Part shown: positions 36,773-49,371 of the stretch, piece after piece
Layout: the number at the start of each line of letters is the position of its first letter
Position numbering within the stretch: position 1 is the first letter of the stretch
Source of the DNA: Chara braunii
Lineage: Eukaryota > Plantae > Charophyceae
Direction of reading: 5' to 3'
Length of the DNA: 64,000 nucleotides
Assembly: GCA_003427395.1 (NCBI GenBank)
Contig: BFEA01000011.1
Span: 3,975,366 to 4,039,365, forward strand
Translations under genes and position numbers: made by a program
Notes under the pieces: generated by a model
What the model was told of the DNA's origin: nothing
Database searches by the model: none
What the model saw: only the letters and a program-made list of their open reading frames with translations

Positions 36773-39216
36773 GACCTCTATATCAGTAGGCGGAGCGGAG
36801 CATATCCCCCACCACCACACTTGGTAAGTAGATAGGTAGGTAGTTGGGGTAGGCCCGGTAGGGTAGGGTAGGGTAGGGTAACGGTAGGTACGACTTTTTC
36901 AACGGAATCTAGACAGAGTGAGAGTCCGATACATCCAAAAAGTCCCCTTTGTCATGAGTGTGTCTTAGTACGTGGTACTGTAATCATTATTATGAATTTA
37001 TAATTCTAATTATACTTGATTGCCAGCTGAGAAAATACGCCAGAGAGAGGATGAACGCATCATCAGACAGACGCGAAGTTCACACGCGACATCTCTTCCC
37101 TGGTGAAACGTGGGTACAAGGACTTTCCTAGATGAATCTGACCTCAATCGGAGCCGCTTCCGGATGTATCTGACCGCAATCAGGTCCAGATAGCAGTAGA
37201 AAAAGTCATAGTCTGACTACTAAAACAATGAATTTTCTCTCAATCAAGCGGGAGCGAGCATATGCTGAAGAGCTGCCGGGCGGGGCGGATGTGATGATGA
37301 AAGTTCCAAGCGTTCGTTGTCAACAAGGGGGGCTGAGAGAACACTCAAGCTACCGGTAGCACAATCTTACATGTATCTGGCCGTGACCACGGTCCTACGA
37401 GTAGTACTTGGATGTATGTGACGGCAATTACGTCCAGAAATTAGGTGGCAAAAAGAAGTCCTGATGTGAGGCATGCTCACACTACAGTAGGCAAATTGAA
37501 TTTTCCCGTTCTCTGTGCACGTATTCGCGGTCAGGTGTCAGGTGCATCCTGCCCAGGTCGGAAAAGCGGTCATATACATCCGTGAAACTTGTGAAAGTGC
37601 TACTACTCGTGTGAGTATGCCCTAAGTTGCGGGGAATGGCGACACTTTTTTTTTTTGTTTTTTTTTTTCCCGCAAACGCTGAGAACACGTGCTGAGAACC
37701 TGCTACTGAGAAAATACCGAAGATGTACGGAGAGATTACCCAGACACTACCAAGAAAGTACCGAGAAAGAACAGAGAAAGTACGGAGAAAGTACCGAGAA
37801 AGTACCGAGAAGAAAGTATGCGGAAACGTGCTGAGAAAGTGCTGTGAGAACGTGGAAGTCTGCTGACTCTCCTGCTGAGAACGTTCTGTTCTGCGAAAAG
37901 GAATTGCGAGAAAGTACCAACTTGAAGAGAGTACAGACAAAGCACCGAGAAATGAAATTCCACTGAATTTACTGAGAAAGTTCTGAGCACGTGCAAGTGT
38001 GCGGACTCTGCTGCTGACAACCGTTCTCAAAAATGGAATAATTCCGAGGAAGTACCGAGAACGACGATAACTTCTTTTTTTTTCCTTTCTATTCCTGCCG
38101 TGACTGCTGCTATTACCAGTACTACCGTAGTCGCTCTCAGCGAAAAACTTTCAGAAGGAAGAAGCTACTATAAAGGAAATTAACACTGAACGAGCAGGAC
38201 AAGCTGAGGAGATGGATGAGGATTTTCCTTACAATTTGAAAGTGGAACTCGATCCGATGACGACCGACGTAATAACACCAATACGAATAAGAGACGTGGT
38301 TGCTGACCGGCAAATCAAATCAAATCAAATCAAATCAAACGATGACGCACACCGCAAAACAGACCAGACACCATAGCCAAGAAGCGCGCGTGGTGCTCCG
38401 CGGCGGTCCCCCAGCAGGCTGCGAGTAGCAAGTGCTCGGCGTACCAACGAAAGCGAAGAACATGGCAGCGAATGGCGATGAAAGATTTTGGTACGAGCAG
38501 AGGTCAACATGAACATCGACGGCATATACTCACGCCGCGGACCTGATATAACCCAAAAGCCCTCGCTGCACTACTCTCGACATCGACGAAAGACAATACA
38601 ACAGATGGTTGTGTGTCTTTGCATGTTCTGGCGGAGGGTTCAGTCTCATTTTGCACATTTCCAGAGTTGCGCAGCGCAGAGTAGTGCAGCGCAGGCCCAA
38701 GGTCTCAAATTTTGATCTAGATTTCGGCGGGGTTCACATCGGGCCCCCCGGCCACGCCACCCCGCGCTCGAAATGTGAAAAAGACGAAAATGTGGCGGGA
38801 AGTGAGCACATTTGTTATGAGGACTTTCTGGCGACCATTTTGTCAGCGGCCTCAGTGATGAAATGTGGAAACTGAGAATGAACTTCCCGCGAGATGTTTT
38901 TGCTTTGTCCTTTTTTTTTTTTCTTTTTTTTTTGATATTGAAATTGTCCCATAATGCCAATGGACTGGCAGTGGAAATTACTGCCCAGTAATAACCTGGG
39001 CAGTACAAAACACATGAATGAACAACTGGCAGTGCAAGCCAGTGCCAGGTAATGCCCTGGACAAGAAAAATCATACAAATGGAAACCCGAGAGGTCTGAT
39101 GTGCATGTGTGCATGCATGCTATCACAGTCTGAAGAAGCATTTGTGCATATGTGCTATCACAGTCTGAATGCACATGTACGCATGTGTGCTATCGCATGT
39201 TGCTCACCAGAAGTGC

Positions 39217-39255
<39 letters not shown>

Positions 39256-39579
39256 TGTTGTCTATACACAACTGCACAAAAAGAGGCATGGTGCCTGTGT
39301 TTGCCTGCACGTGCATGAATGTGTGTTCTACAAGTGCAAGGCATGCCAGTGCATGTGAGCGTGCATGTTATCACATGTCGCTCACTAGTGTGTGCATGTG
39401 TGCTCTACAAGTGCAAGGGTATGCAGTGCTATCCACACACATTCATTCCCCCCGGTTCTCAAGGAATCAGAGCTAAAGTTGCCATACCAGTGCTCTACAA
39501 GTGCAAGGACATGGCCCACACGTTCATCCCCCTCCCCACCTTCCCCCTCCCTGTACTCAATGAATATAAGCTGAGGTTG

Positions 39580-42489
39580 TCATACTGGGTCTCTTGACAT
39601 TGATTTCTTGGGGAGCTTTCGAAGAAACTCAGCTCGTAGCTTGGGTGAGGTAGAAAAGCATCCGAGCATTGCCGTANAGAAGGTGTTACTGCAAACCTGC
39701 TTCACTCCNCGGGCCATCATGCACAAGTGGTTGGCCTCCAGGACAACCATGACCCCTAAGAGATCAAATAACGACACAAGCCTCCGTGCTACCTGCCGTC
39801 CCAGTCTTTCCTGGACTTGCAGGCGTCTGCTATATGCACTGACAATCTGTTTCAGAAAACGTCTGTCCACAACACCTACCTGCTCCTCTTGCTCCCAACC
39901 TGATCCTTGTCTTAGCAATGATGANGAGGATGACCTGAAGACGTATGCCNCGTGTACCTGACCATAGAATGGCAACAGGTGGTGCTCGCATAANGAAGAA
40001 AAAGGCAAGCACAACTCCGATGCCATGGTGTGAGGAGGAACAGGAGGAACAGGGGCAATCTCTGAAAAACTTGCCGCCACATCATTTGATCCCTTCTCCT
40101 TGCATCGAGGAGAACTCGTCGCATGTGAAGTGAACTCCGGTTTCCCATTAAATGGCCGTCTCGTACAGTTTCCGATTCCAGCACCCACACTTGAATCCAC
40201 ATTATTCTTATTCAACCATCCATTATGGTTTCCAGATGTCACAGTTGCAGCACCATTGACACCACTGTCCACCAGAGGACCCAACGATTTCCACGAACTG
40301 ACTTCAACTTCGTCTTGCAACCCCTCACGGGTAGACCATAACAACCATTGAACGTATCGGATTGCAGTTCTTTTTATCGTGTTCCACGGCAAGTTCCCCT
40401 TCAATGCTATATACAAGAGCGATTCTACTGCCGACAGCATAGTCGGCACTGAGTCTGCTCGNGGTTCCNCTGAAGTTGCAGATGCATCCTCCCNGNCACA
40501 ATCTCCAACCAAATCCAGTCTTCTTTCACCTGCAACCTCCCGCNGATGGGAACCTTCGACTTCAAAATCAGGTTTGCACCCCAGACGNCACCAGNAGTCA
40601 CATGAGTCGATTGACCGCCGTTCCTTTTGCAACCATGAGTCGCTTCTCACAGGCACCAACTCCCTGAAGTTGTCCATTTGAAGCGAAGCAAGAAACTCGT
40701 CCCAATGCCCTTGATTGTGCTGAAGAATGCCCCTTGCAGCACCCTGAACATGGTGCACCCAGATCCCGGGCTCGCAGCTACCTGCCTCATCCAACATCAG
40801 GGCTCCGCTTGCATCCCCATGCACATCGAGAACATGTTTCTGCAGGCGCCTCTGGGAAGAGGACAAAGAGAGTAAGGAGCCTGGGCTGCGAAGGTGCCAG
40901 GTTTCTACGACCACTCCAACTCCATGGCTGGGAACCACACCATGCACACTTTCGGCCAGGTTATCGGCCATTCGCCATGGGCTCTGCAAGCGCCTTGCAC
41001 ACATTTCGCCTATCCGTGGAAGCTTGCTGAGACCTACTATTTGGTGCTTAGAAGGCACATAACCAACATGACAATGATGACATCTGTCAGTGATTCTGAG
41101 TGGCGAAAGACAGCCAATACAAATAGAGGATAGGTCGATGTCCCGGACAACAACAACTCCTGCACACCCGTGACAACTATCCCCTTCTGCCGACACTGCC
41201 ACTTCCTCACGGAACAATGCTGTCCCAATGACATCCTTTGCTGTCTGTCCATACCCTTCGGTGAAAAACTGAAGTGCTTTCGCAACACGAAATGGAGTTC
41301 TCAGCAGGCCCTCTCTCTCCACGTCTTCTCCCAGTCCCTGAAGCAAGGTGGTAACACATCCCTCCATACAGCTTGGCACCTCATCATTACAAGCACGATG
41401 ATTGTCATCACCATGATGACCCCCGCCAACGCCAGTGTCATCACCTTCATACGCATCATCGCCATATTCAGTGCCAGATTGTTCTGAACGACTCTTCCCA
41501 TTCGTCTTTGTTGTGTTACCCTCACAACCCTCTCTCCTTGATCCTCCACGCACCTCAACTCGCCATGCATGACTCGCCGAATGCNGATGAGAAGGCCCNC
41601 CATTTTCAACCAACTGCGCCGCATCATTGAAGCCATTTGAAACACCCTGGTCTGCATTTTGACGCGCGGCATTCACAAAGCTCTCCGAAGCGAGTTCGCT
41701 GTTGAATTGTTTCTTCTCTGTTGTGTTACCCGGACAGCCTTCTCTCCTTGATCCTGCATTCACCTCAGCTCGAGTTAGGGGCCCACCGTTTTCGACCGAC
41801 TGCGCTGCATCATTGAAGCCATTTGAAACACTCTGGTCTGCATTTTGACGCGAGGCATTCAGAGCATTCTCCGAAGCGAGTTCGCTGTCGAATTGTTTCT
41901 TTTTTGTTGTGTTACCCGGACAACCTGTTGTGTTACCCGGACAACCTGTTGTGTTACCCGGACAACCTTCTCTCCTCGATCCTGCATTTACCTCAGCTCG
42001 AGTTAGGGGCCCACCGTTTTCGACCGACTGCACCGCATCATTGAAGCCATTTGAAACACCCTGGTCTGCATTTTGACACGAGGCATTCAGAACATTCTCC
42101 GAAGCGAGTTCGCTGTCGAATTGTTTCTTCTTTGTTGTGTTAACCTGACAACCTTCTCTCCTTGATCGTGCATTCACCTCAGCTCGCCATAGATAACTCG
42201 TCGAGTGGCGATGAGAAGCCCCAACATTTTCAACGAACCGCACTGCGTCCTCGAAGCCATTTGAAACAGCCTGGTCTCCATTTTGATGCAAGGCATTCGG
42301 AACATTCTCCGAAGCAAGATGATCGCATCCATTAGGAGTCACTATGCCATTCGGGATGTCGGCATCACCAAAGTACCATCCGGTCCCCGAACTCACACCG
42401 TTGTCCGAACTCGAACCGTTGACGGAGTACAATATCGGCTCAGAGCGCGGGCTGCTGCATCTGAGGGAGACCCCCAAGGAGTCCCCCAT
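39580..42489 (-). CDS. GCH1: GTP cyclohydrolase I, plant-type with two tandem GCH1 domains and a long repetitive N-terminal extension
   Basis: 969-aa ORF. Domain 1 motifs: LGEDVEREGLLRTPFRVAKA, VVVRDID, HVGYVP, VGLSKLPR, RRLQ. Domain 2 motifs: LCEHHLLPFYG, SRRLQVQERL, EANHLCMM. Confidence 0.95.
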   Translation of the reverse strand: MGDSLGVSLRCSSPRSEPILYSVNGSSSDNGVSSGTGWYFGDADIPNGIVTPNGCDHLASENVPNALHQNGDQAVSNGFEDAVRFVENVGASHRHSTSYLWRAEVNARSRREGCQVNTTKKKQFDSELASENVLNASCQNADQGVSNGFNDAVQSVENGGPLTRAEVNAGSRREGCPGNTTGCPGNTTGCPGNTTKKKQFDSELASENALNASRQNADQSVSNGFNDAAQSVENGGPLTRAEVNAGSRREGCPGNTTEKKQFNSELASESFVNAARQNADQGVSNGFNDAAQLVENXGPSHXHSASHAWRVEVRGGSRREGCEGNTTKTNGKSRSEQSGTEYGDDAYEGDDTGVGGGHHGDDNHRACNDEVPSCMEGCVTTLLQGLGEDVEREGLLRTPFRVAKALQFFTEGYGQTAKDVIGTALFREEVAVSAEGDSCHGCAGVVVVRDIDLSSICIGCLSPLRITDRCHHCHVGYVPSKHQIVGLSKLPRIGEMCARRLQSPWRMADNLAESVHGVVPSHGVGVVVETWHLRSPGSLLSLSSSQRRLQKHVLDVHGDASGALMLDEAGSCEPGIWVHHVQGAARGILQHNQGHWDEFLASLQMDNFRELVPVRSDSWLQKERRSIDSCDXWXRLGCKPDFEVEGSHXREVAGERRLDLVGDCXXEDASATSXEXRADSVPTMLSAVESLLYIALKGNLPWNTIKRTAIRYVQWLLWSTREGLQDEVEVSSWKSLGPLVDSGVNGAATVTSGNHNGWLNKNNVDSSVGAGIGNCTRRPFNGKPEFTSHATSSPRCKEKGSNDVAASFSEIAPVPPVPPHTMASELCLPFSXLCEHHLLPFYGQVHXAYVFRSSXSSLLRQGSGWEQEEQVGVVDRRFLKQIVSAYSRRLQVQERLGRQVARRLVSLFDLLGVMVVLEANHLCMMAXGVKQVCSNTFXTAMLGCFSTSPKLRAEFLRKLPKKSMSRDPV

Positions 42490-42586
42490 GTCACTTCAAG
42501 TGGGCCTGACCAGACTGCCACAACTACCAAACAGCGCAATCCAGACGTAAGCAGCTAAGTCAAAATGACCCACAGTCTGCAACCAG

Positions 42587-42885
42587 TGGCTTGTACCGTG
42601 GCCCACAATGTAGCTAAGTTGTGGCTTGTTCACTGGCCCACAGTTTAACTAACCTCTGGACCGCTGGTCCAAACCAGATTCCAAGGACAGGTTCAAACTG
42701 CCAGGTGCCTGGACTATATATACCTACACACCACTGGTTCAAGTTATGTGCCAAGTTATGGCTTGTACTGTGGCCCACAGTTTAACTAACCTAACCGCTG
42801 GTCCAAACCAGATACCAAGGACAGGTTCAGACTGCCAGGTGCCGAACTATATATAGGTACACACCACTGGTTGAAGTTCTGTGCC
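42587..42885. repeat. Tandem duplication of about 175 bp just upstream of GCH1
   Basis: ggcccacagtttaactaacct..ccgctggtccaaaccaga..ctatatat..acacaccactggtt occurs twice. Confidence 0.85.
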
Positions 42886-43038
42886 ACGGCATGGCCCACT
42901 GGGCCAGCAAACCCACTTGCTGATCGCACACACAGCTCACTTTCCAAAACAAGAAGATATACGTAGGCTCGTAAAACAGCTCACTTTCCAAAACAGGATG
43001 CTAGGCTCGTAAAACCCGAAGGACACAGAAATTTGGCT

Positions 43039-45741
43039 CTAAGATAGACCCCCAAATATCGTGGAAATAACCCATTTGCACAGTAATGCCAGATTCTGGT
43101 GCATTGGGTCCAAGATCCCCAGGCCCCCCTGGAGCCTAGATTGAGCAATGCAGTCCCAGGCAACCTTCCATATAAAGCCTTGTACAGAAAGTGGGAACCA
43201 CAACAAAGAGAAGGCCGCTGAAGTCAAGACCAGGGCGCGTCCGAAGAGTGAGAGTTTGAAATTACGGGCCCACCCTGCAATTCGTGCCGAAATCTTATCT
43301 GCAAATAAAGCATCTTGGGTTTCTGAACAATCTGACAGAGAGACTTGGACTCCCAAAAAGCGGTCCGAGGTATTGGCCGGGATCCGTTTAAGACCCCAAT
43401 CCACGCTCAACACCCGTGAGGGGGGTAAGAAGTAGACTGACTTTTTGCAGTTTATGGAGGCTTCAGAGAGACTGCAGTAAGAGTCATTTGCTTTACGGAG
43501 TTCATTAAGGGCCCTAGGGCTGTTGTCACAAGCTATCGTCAGATCGTCAGCAATTGCTCCCCACTTCCATACAAGCCGGGGGGTAAAGCTCAGACCTTGA
43601 ATTCTGGGGTTGATTCTAATATTGTCTAATAGTACTTCTAATTGCAGAACAAAAAGCAGAGGGGCTAATGGGCACCCCTGCCTTAAAGAATGAGTCAATT
43701 GGAATTCCTCGGACAGTCTCCCATTGACGATTACGGCTGAGGTAGCATTCTTATAGCTAGCGGATATCTATGTTCTGAAACTCGGGCCAAAGCCCAACCT
43801 CTTCAAGGTGGTGTGCACAAAGCCCCACCCCACCTTGTCGTAGGCCTTCTCCATATCAAGGAGAAGGATGGCGACGTCCCTCTTCTCTTTGCTTATTACT
43901 TCCAGGGCCTGTACTGTTGATAGAATATTTTCAAAAATAGAGCGGCCTTTAACAAAGGCCCCCTGTTCCCAGCCAATCAACCCTGGGAGAAGTTTGGCCA
44001 GCCGAAGGGCTAGAGCCTTGGCGAGTATCTTATATGTAACATTTAAAACCGATATCGGACCCCAATTGCGCACATCACATCGATCCCCCTTTTTATACAT
44101 AAGCGAGATCATGCCCTTGGTGAAGCCTTTAGGAAGGCAGCCCAAGGCTATGGCCTCATTATAAATCCCGCACAAAAAGGGGGCGAAAGCAGACCAGGTT
44201 GCCAAGAAAAGTTCGATGGGCAGGCCGTCCAGGCCGGGGCATTTGCCCTTTGCCATTGACTTTGCTGCCACGAGAAGTTCAGCTTCAGAGATTGGTCTGT
44301 CCAGCTCCTCAGCAGCCGATTCAGAGATGGGGGTAAGCGAGCAGTTCCAAAAGTCGGAGGATGTAGAGAGGTCCATCTGGGGGTGGTCAAATGGGCGACG
44401 TGTCGTCACAATATCTCTATAATACTCTAAGGCGTAACTGCACATCTGAACTGTATCTAATGCTAACGGGGCTGATGCATCAAAAGGATGGGCCAGCTCT
44501 CGAATCGCAGGTCTAGCCTGGCGTATCAAAAGAGAACGAAAAGTAAGTTTGGTCATTCTATCATAGCCAACTATACCCCTAAATCTCAGAAATTCAAGCC
44601 TATCTGCTTGTTTTTTAATCTCCAATGATTCTAATTCTACTAAGGCGTCTCTTCGGATCTTGGACCAATAGAATTCAGTGAACGGGTCTTTACCCATTTC
44701 CGTTTCGGCCTGACAGATTATTTTCTGCAAGGATTTCTCTTTCCAAGATAGGTTGGCCGCTTTCATCCTTGAAAAGGTGATCAGGGCTTGCCTGACTATG
44801 GCTATGGCTGTGTCAGCCCACGTGTTAGAGTTCTGAAATAAGTCCTTGGCTTCCATCCATTCAGTCATGTGCGTTTTGACCCAGTCGCAGATACCCTGGT
44901 CTTTTAGGAGACAGATGTTCAAATGAAAAGGGGGACGATGGCGGTCTACTATGTCTTTGGCCAACACATCCAGGAGGACTGGGTTATGGTCAGATAAGGA
45001 TCCAGGGAGGGTCTCGCACCACATACTCCTATCCCACGGAGTTCCTCGGACCACAAAAAAATCTAACCTCTTTTTGGGGGCCGGGGTCGAGCGGGAGGGG
45101 GGGGGGGGAAACCAGGTATATCCATTTGCATGGGGATTAAACATCCGGAAGGGGTCGTTCAAGGACTGCGTCTCACAGAAGGAGGACAGAAGGAGCGAGT
45201 CTGAGCACCGCGGAGACGGATAGAATGAATCCAGAACGGGGTCGAATACTGTATTCCAATCACCCGTGATAATGAGGTTTTCCGAGTCTGGAATTGAGGC
45301 CGGAAGATTGGCGAGGAAATGGGTACGATCAATGTAGTCCACCGGGGCATATATTGTCATAACAGCCCATTCCTCATCATCAATGGAGAATTTCATCCAG
45401 GCCCACCGGCCTTCCATGTCAGCATACGAGTCTAGGACGGTGATGTCTAAATCCTTATTAATAAGGATAGCAACACCGCCCTTCGAGCCATGGGCCGGGG
45501 CCCAGATCTGTGGGCCCTCCCACCATCTGTGCAGAGCATTGATTTTATGTTGATCCAATTTCGTCTCTTGTATGCAAGCAATTTGCACATGTTGAGAATG
45601 CAGCCAGGCTTTAAACCTTGCTTTCTTATATTTTTTTGCTGAATCACCAAAACCGCGGACATTCCAGGTCATTAGTCTGATTCTACTGGGTAGAACAATG
45701 ACCTGGGTTTTTGCCGCGGGTGTTTTGGATCCGGCTAGCAT
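43039..45741 (-). mobile_element. L1/Tx1-like LINE ORF2 (APE endonuclease + RT), interrupted and 3'-truncated
   Basis: Endonuclease motifs TWNVRG, CIQETK, IYAP, GDWN, RLDF, SDH. RT motifs KCPGLDG, PISVLNVTYKILAK, QGAFVKGRSI, DMEKAYDKV, LRQGCPLAPLLF, IADDL, GGLGI. Stop at 43768. Confidence 0.95.
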
Positions 45742-46016
45742 TATCTTTCTTTAGTAGGAGGGCCTTATGTTTTGTCCTTTTCACATTTCGGGAGAGTGGT
45801 GTGGTGAGGCCCTCAGACACAAAAGGGGGCTCAGGTGGGAGACCCACGCAGTCACTGTGTTGAGATGCAGACCCAGAGTTCAGATGCAAGCGGCGGATGA
45901 CCAGAACAGCATTCTAAATCAAAAATGAAAAAAATAAAATAAAATAAATTGAAGTAGACACCAAAGGCGGCTCAGGTGGGAGACCCACGGAGTCACTGTG
46001 TTGAAATGCAGACCCA

Positions 46017-46112
46017 GGGCCAAGTCCCACTTACCTGATCCTCCATTCCCGACCGTAGATCATGAAAATCAACGGCCAGAAGTGAAGAATCCGGTCAAGT
46101 GGGACATGGCCC
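46017..46112. mobile_element. 96-bp MITE (GGGCCAAGTCCCACT family)
   Basis: 3-bp TSD CCA. The empty site is visible in the neighbouring tandem copy (gacccagagttc at about 45870). Relatives at 46371-46541 and about 47052-47219. Confidence 0.75.
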
Positions 46113-46599
46113 CCAGAGTTCAGATGCATTCTGAAACAAAAATGCAACGAAGCGAGTCGCGGTGTTGAAATGCAGACCCAGAGCAGAACAGCATTTTGAA
46201 ACAAAAATGAACAAAAAAAAGAAAAATAGAAGTAGGCGCCTCCTTGGGGGGAGCACGTTTCTTCCAATCGAACGAGGACCCTAAGGGCATAGGGCATAGG
46301 GCATAGGACCTCGCTTCGCTACTCACCGAATATGCAAAACGAGAATGAGTAGAACATATGAAGATACACAGGGGGCCAAGTCCCGCTAGGATAGGAGCGT
46401 TGCGTTTCCGCAACGCCTGAATCTGGACGGGGTTGACGAAATGTGCAGAAATGGCGTTGAGTTTCGTCGACCGCACATCTCCACGAACACGTCCAGATTG
46501 AGGAAATTCAACCCTGCAGTGGTGGGACTTGAACTTGGCCCCGGCATTTTTTCGGTCGTTTTTTTCACGTGGTGAGTAGTGGAGCGAGACCCATACCCA

Positions 46600-46721
46600 C
46601 ACAATAGGCCTTAAAAATCGCAAAATCACAAAATGAGCGGGTGTAAAGGAAGGACTAGATCTGGCCGCTCATTTTGCGATTTTGCGATTTTGCGATTTTG
46701 CGATTTTAAAGGCCTATTGTG
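46600..46721. repeat. Hairpin element with TTTTGCGA subrepeats
   Basis: cacaataggccttaaaaatcgc...gcgattttaaaggcctattgtg. Confidence 0.8.
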
Positions 46722-47718
46722 ACTATGCTCAGGAGCCTAGCTCAGGGGGTACACCATTGAACTGTTGAAATACAGACCTGAGTTCGAACCTAGATGATGG
46801 AATTTGATGAGTAAAACCAAATATTAAAAAAAATATATATATGGCCTAAACCCCCTCAAAATCGCGGAATCGCAAAACCGGCGGCTGGCCAGGCCTCTCT
46901 CCTATAATACACAACACGCTACATGAATTTGGATGCTTTGTGGACCGCGTGCACTGGGACGAGTTCAACACTTGGAATATATATCGAGTTCAGAAAGAGT
47001 CCAAAGGCCGGTAGAGTGTTATGTAGTGGAGCGAGCCCCCAGAGCCAGGCTGGGGCGAGGTCCCACTAGCAACGAGGATTGGATTGAAATCCTGAATCTG
47101 GACTTTTTGGTGGACAGGTGCAGAAAATCGAGACTGAACTGCTTTTCTGCCTCTCTGCGTAAAACACGTCCAGATTCAGGCATTCGAGCCGATCCACGTT
47201 GCTAGTGGGCCCGCGGGCCAGTCCTTCTGAAGGGCATACTCACACTACGACTTTTTTACATATTTTTTGATGGAATTGGGGCCACATACATCTAGCCATG
47301 GGCGTGATTGCCGTCTGGTACATTTGAGATAGTCCTATAATGTGACTAGGCCCTAAAACGGAGGACTCGTGAGCTGTCTGGATTGCGGTGATTGCAGCGG
47401 GCCTGCTGTGACAAGTTCATTGAACCTTATCATTTTTTTTCTTTTTCTTTTCCTGTTTTTTTGTAACTTATCATTTAGAGGAAGGACCAAAAAAAAAAAA
47501 AAAAAAGTCGTTACAAGGCCCCCCGCCACGCCACTCTCGAGACGAAAAACGAGCGAATCCATCATCCCCAGAAAAAGGTCAGATGCGTTCGTTGCTATCC
47601 ACAGAAACGGATGCATATTGCCATGCTCTGCGTGAAGATGCAGTCGTACTTTTTTCGTTTCGTTAGTTTCTTTTTTTGTTTTTTTGTTTTACAATGCAAA
47701 CATTGATTACAACGGGGC

Positions 47719-47755
47719 CAAGGTTTCCGTAGGTGCAACCGCGGAAGGATCATTG

Positions 47756-47782
<27 letters not shown>
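47719..47782 (+). pseudogene. 18S rRNA extreme 3' end followed by A27
   Basis: CAAGGTTTCCGTAGGTGCAACCGCGGAAGGATCATTG versus the canonical CAAGGTTTCCGTAGGTGAACCTGCGGAAGGATCATTG. Confidence 0.85.
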
Positions 47783-47787
<5 letters not shown>

Positions 47788-47977
47788 TCCGAGTCGATCT
47801 GACCGTTGACTTTGCCATTCCACAATTTGGGGGGGAATTACTGCTCCTTCCTGACATCTGGCAGCGCGCGGGAGTCAAAGGGGGGCGTTCGCGCTCGACA
47901 AAACCCGAAGCCTAGCTCAGGGCATACTCACACTAGCGCGTACTTGGGCAAATTTTACGGATGTGAATTTGCGTTTA

Positions 47978-49196
47978 TGGCCTCGCCACACCACAGTCGA
48001 AAGGCCAAAAAAAACGTTGTTTAAAAAAAAAAAAAAAAAGCAAGCATGGCTGTCAGAACAAATTCGACAGCCTCCATTCTACAGTTTGCGCCCCGTTTGC
48101 CACACCGCACTGTAGAGTGCAGGCACTTGTGAAAGCAAGATGGATTAGGGCCTCGTTCGACACCACTACAAAACCCTTACTTTGTAAGGGTGCCCTTACA
48201 GCGAAAAAGTGATTAATTCCACAACCACTTATGAAAACCCTACACTTAGGCGCACTTACATTTCAGGTGCCTCGGTTTGCATTCTAAGAGGCCGAAAGAC
48301 ACACCTGATGTTAAAAAAAATAAAAAATAAAAATGGTTCTTTCGCGGATGTAAGCGTGCCACCCCTTACTTTCAAGTCACCTCCACGGGCCTCCTTACAT
48401 CAGGGTCCGTTTTGGCTGGGGAGTCCTTACTTTTGTAGGGCCAGCCCTGACGGCCGCGAATGTGAAAACAAGTTCTACTTCTTTTTCTTCGGGATTAGGG
48501 AGGGGTGGAACGATGAAAACCTTACATGTAAGGGTTTTGTAGTGGTGTCGAATGAGGCCCTTAGTCCATCCCGACCTTACCCCCACTCACCAAATTTCGA
48601 AGGGAAGTTGGCGGCGCAGCCGAGGACGGTCGAAAGCATAGTAGTAGCAGGCTGGGGATTCAACGACTTTCGACAGGAGGCGTTGAGAAGCATTCTCTGA
48701 CAACTTGCAAAGCTTCTTCACATCTCCTACTTGGAAAGCCTGTGTGGCAAAGAGGAACTGTCTAAAATCGCATTTTTGAGGCCGCCGCACGGCTACCGCA
48801 CCACTGTCGAAAATGCGATTTTAGACAGTTCCTCTTCGCCACACAGGCTGTCCAAGTAGGAGACGGGAAGAAGATTTGCAAGTTGTCAGAGAATGCTTCT
48901 CAACGCCTCCTGTCTAAAGTCGTTGAATCCCCAGCCTGCTACTACTATGCTTTCGACAGTCCTCGGCTGCGCCCTCGACTTCCCTTCGAAATTTGGTGAG
49001 TGGGGGTAAGGTCGGGATGGACTAATGCTTGTCGTACCCTCAGGCCCGTTCGTCTTTTTCCATCTTGCTTTCACAAGTACGTGCACTCTACAGTGCGGTG
49101 TGGCGAAGGGGGGGCAAACTATCGAATGGAGGCTGTCGAATTTGTTCTGACAGCAGTCGAATTTTTTCGACTTTCGACAGTGGTGCGGTGAGGCCC
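47978..49196. mobile_element. Foldback PIF/Harbinger-like element, almost fully palindromic
   Basis: Ends GGCCTCGCCACACCAC...GTGGTGCGGTGAGGCCC. 48049-48144 pairs with 49059-49153, and 48561-48777 pairs with 48809-49025. Confidence 0.85.
48148..48560. mobile_element. Tourist-like (PIF/Harbinger) MITE
   Basis: 33-bp TIR GGGCCTCRTTCGACACCACTACAAAACCCTTAC with TSD TTA. Confidence 0.9.
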
Positions 49197-49371
49197 TATA
49201 TGGCACCTGCGGGTCACACTGCTCACCCGTTTTTCGCCCAAAGCAGAAAGGACAGGGTAGCGACCTGGCCTTGAGATGGGAAAATACGTTGTGTGCAGTC
49301 AGACAGCACAATGCACTTTAAATTGTAATTTTTTGCTTCGGGAAAGCAGTAGAGGAAGAAGAAATAGGATC

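Noticed and set aside
46029-46070. U1 snRNA-like ACTTACCTG...GATCATGAA
   Set aside because: It overlaps the TIR of a 96-bp MITE with a TSD, and the remaining U1 stems and Sm site are absent.
48164-48545. CACTA transposon (CACTACAAAA...TTTTGTAGTG)
   Set aside because: The inverted repeat extends 16 bp further to GGGCC ends with a TTA TSD, which fits PIF/Harbinger better.
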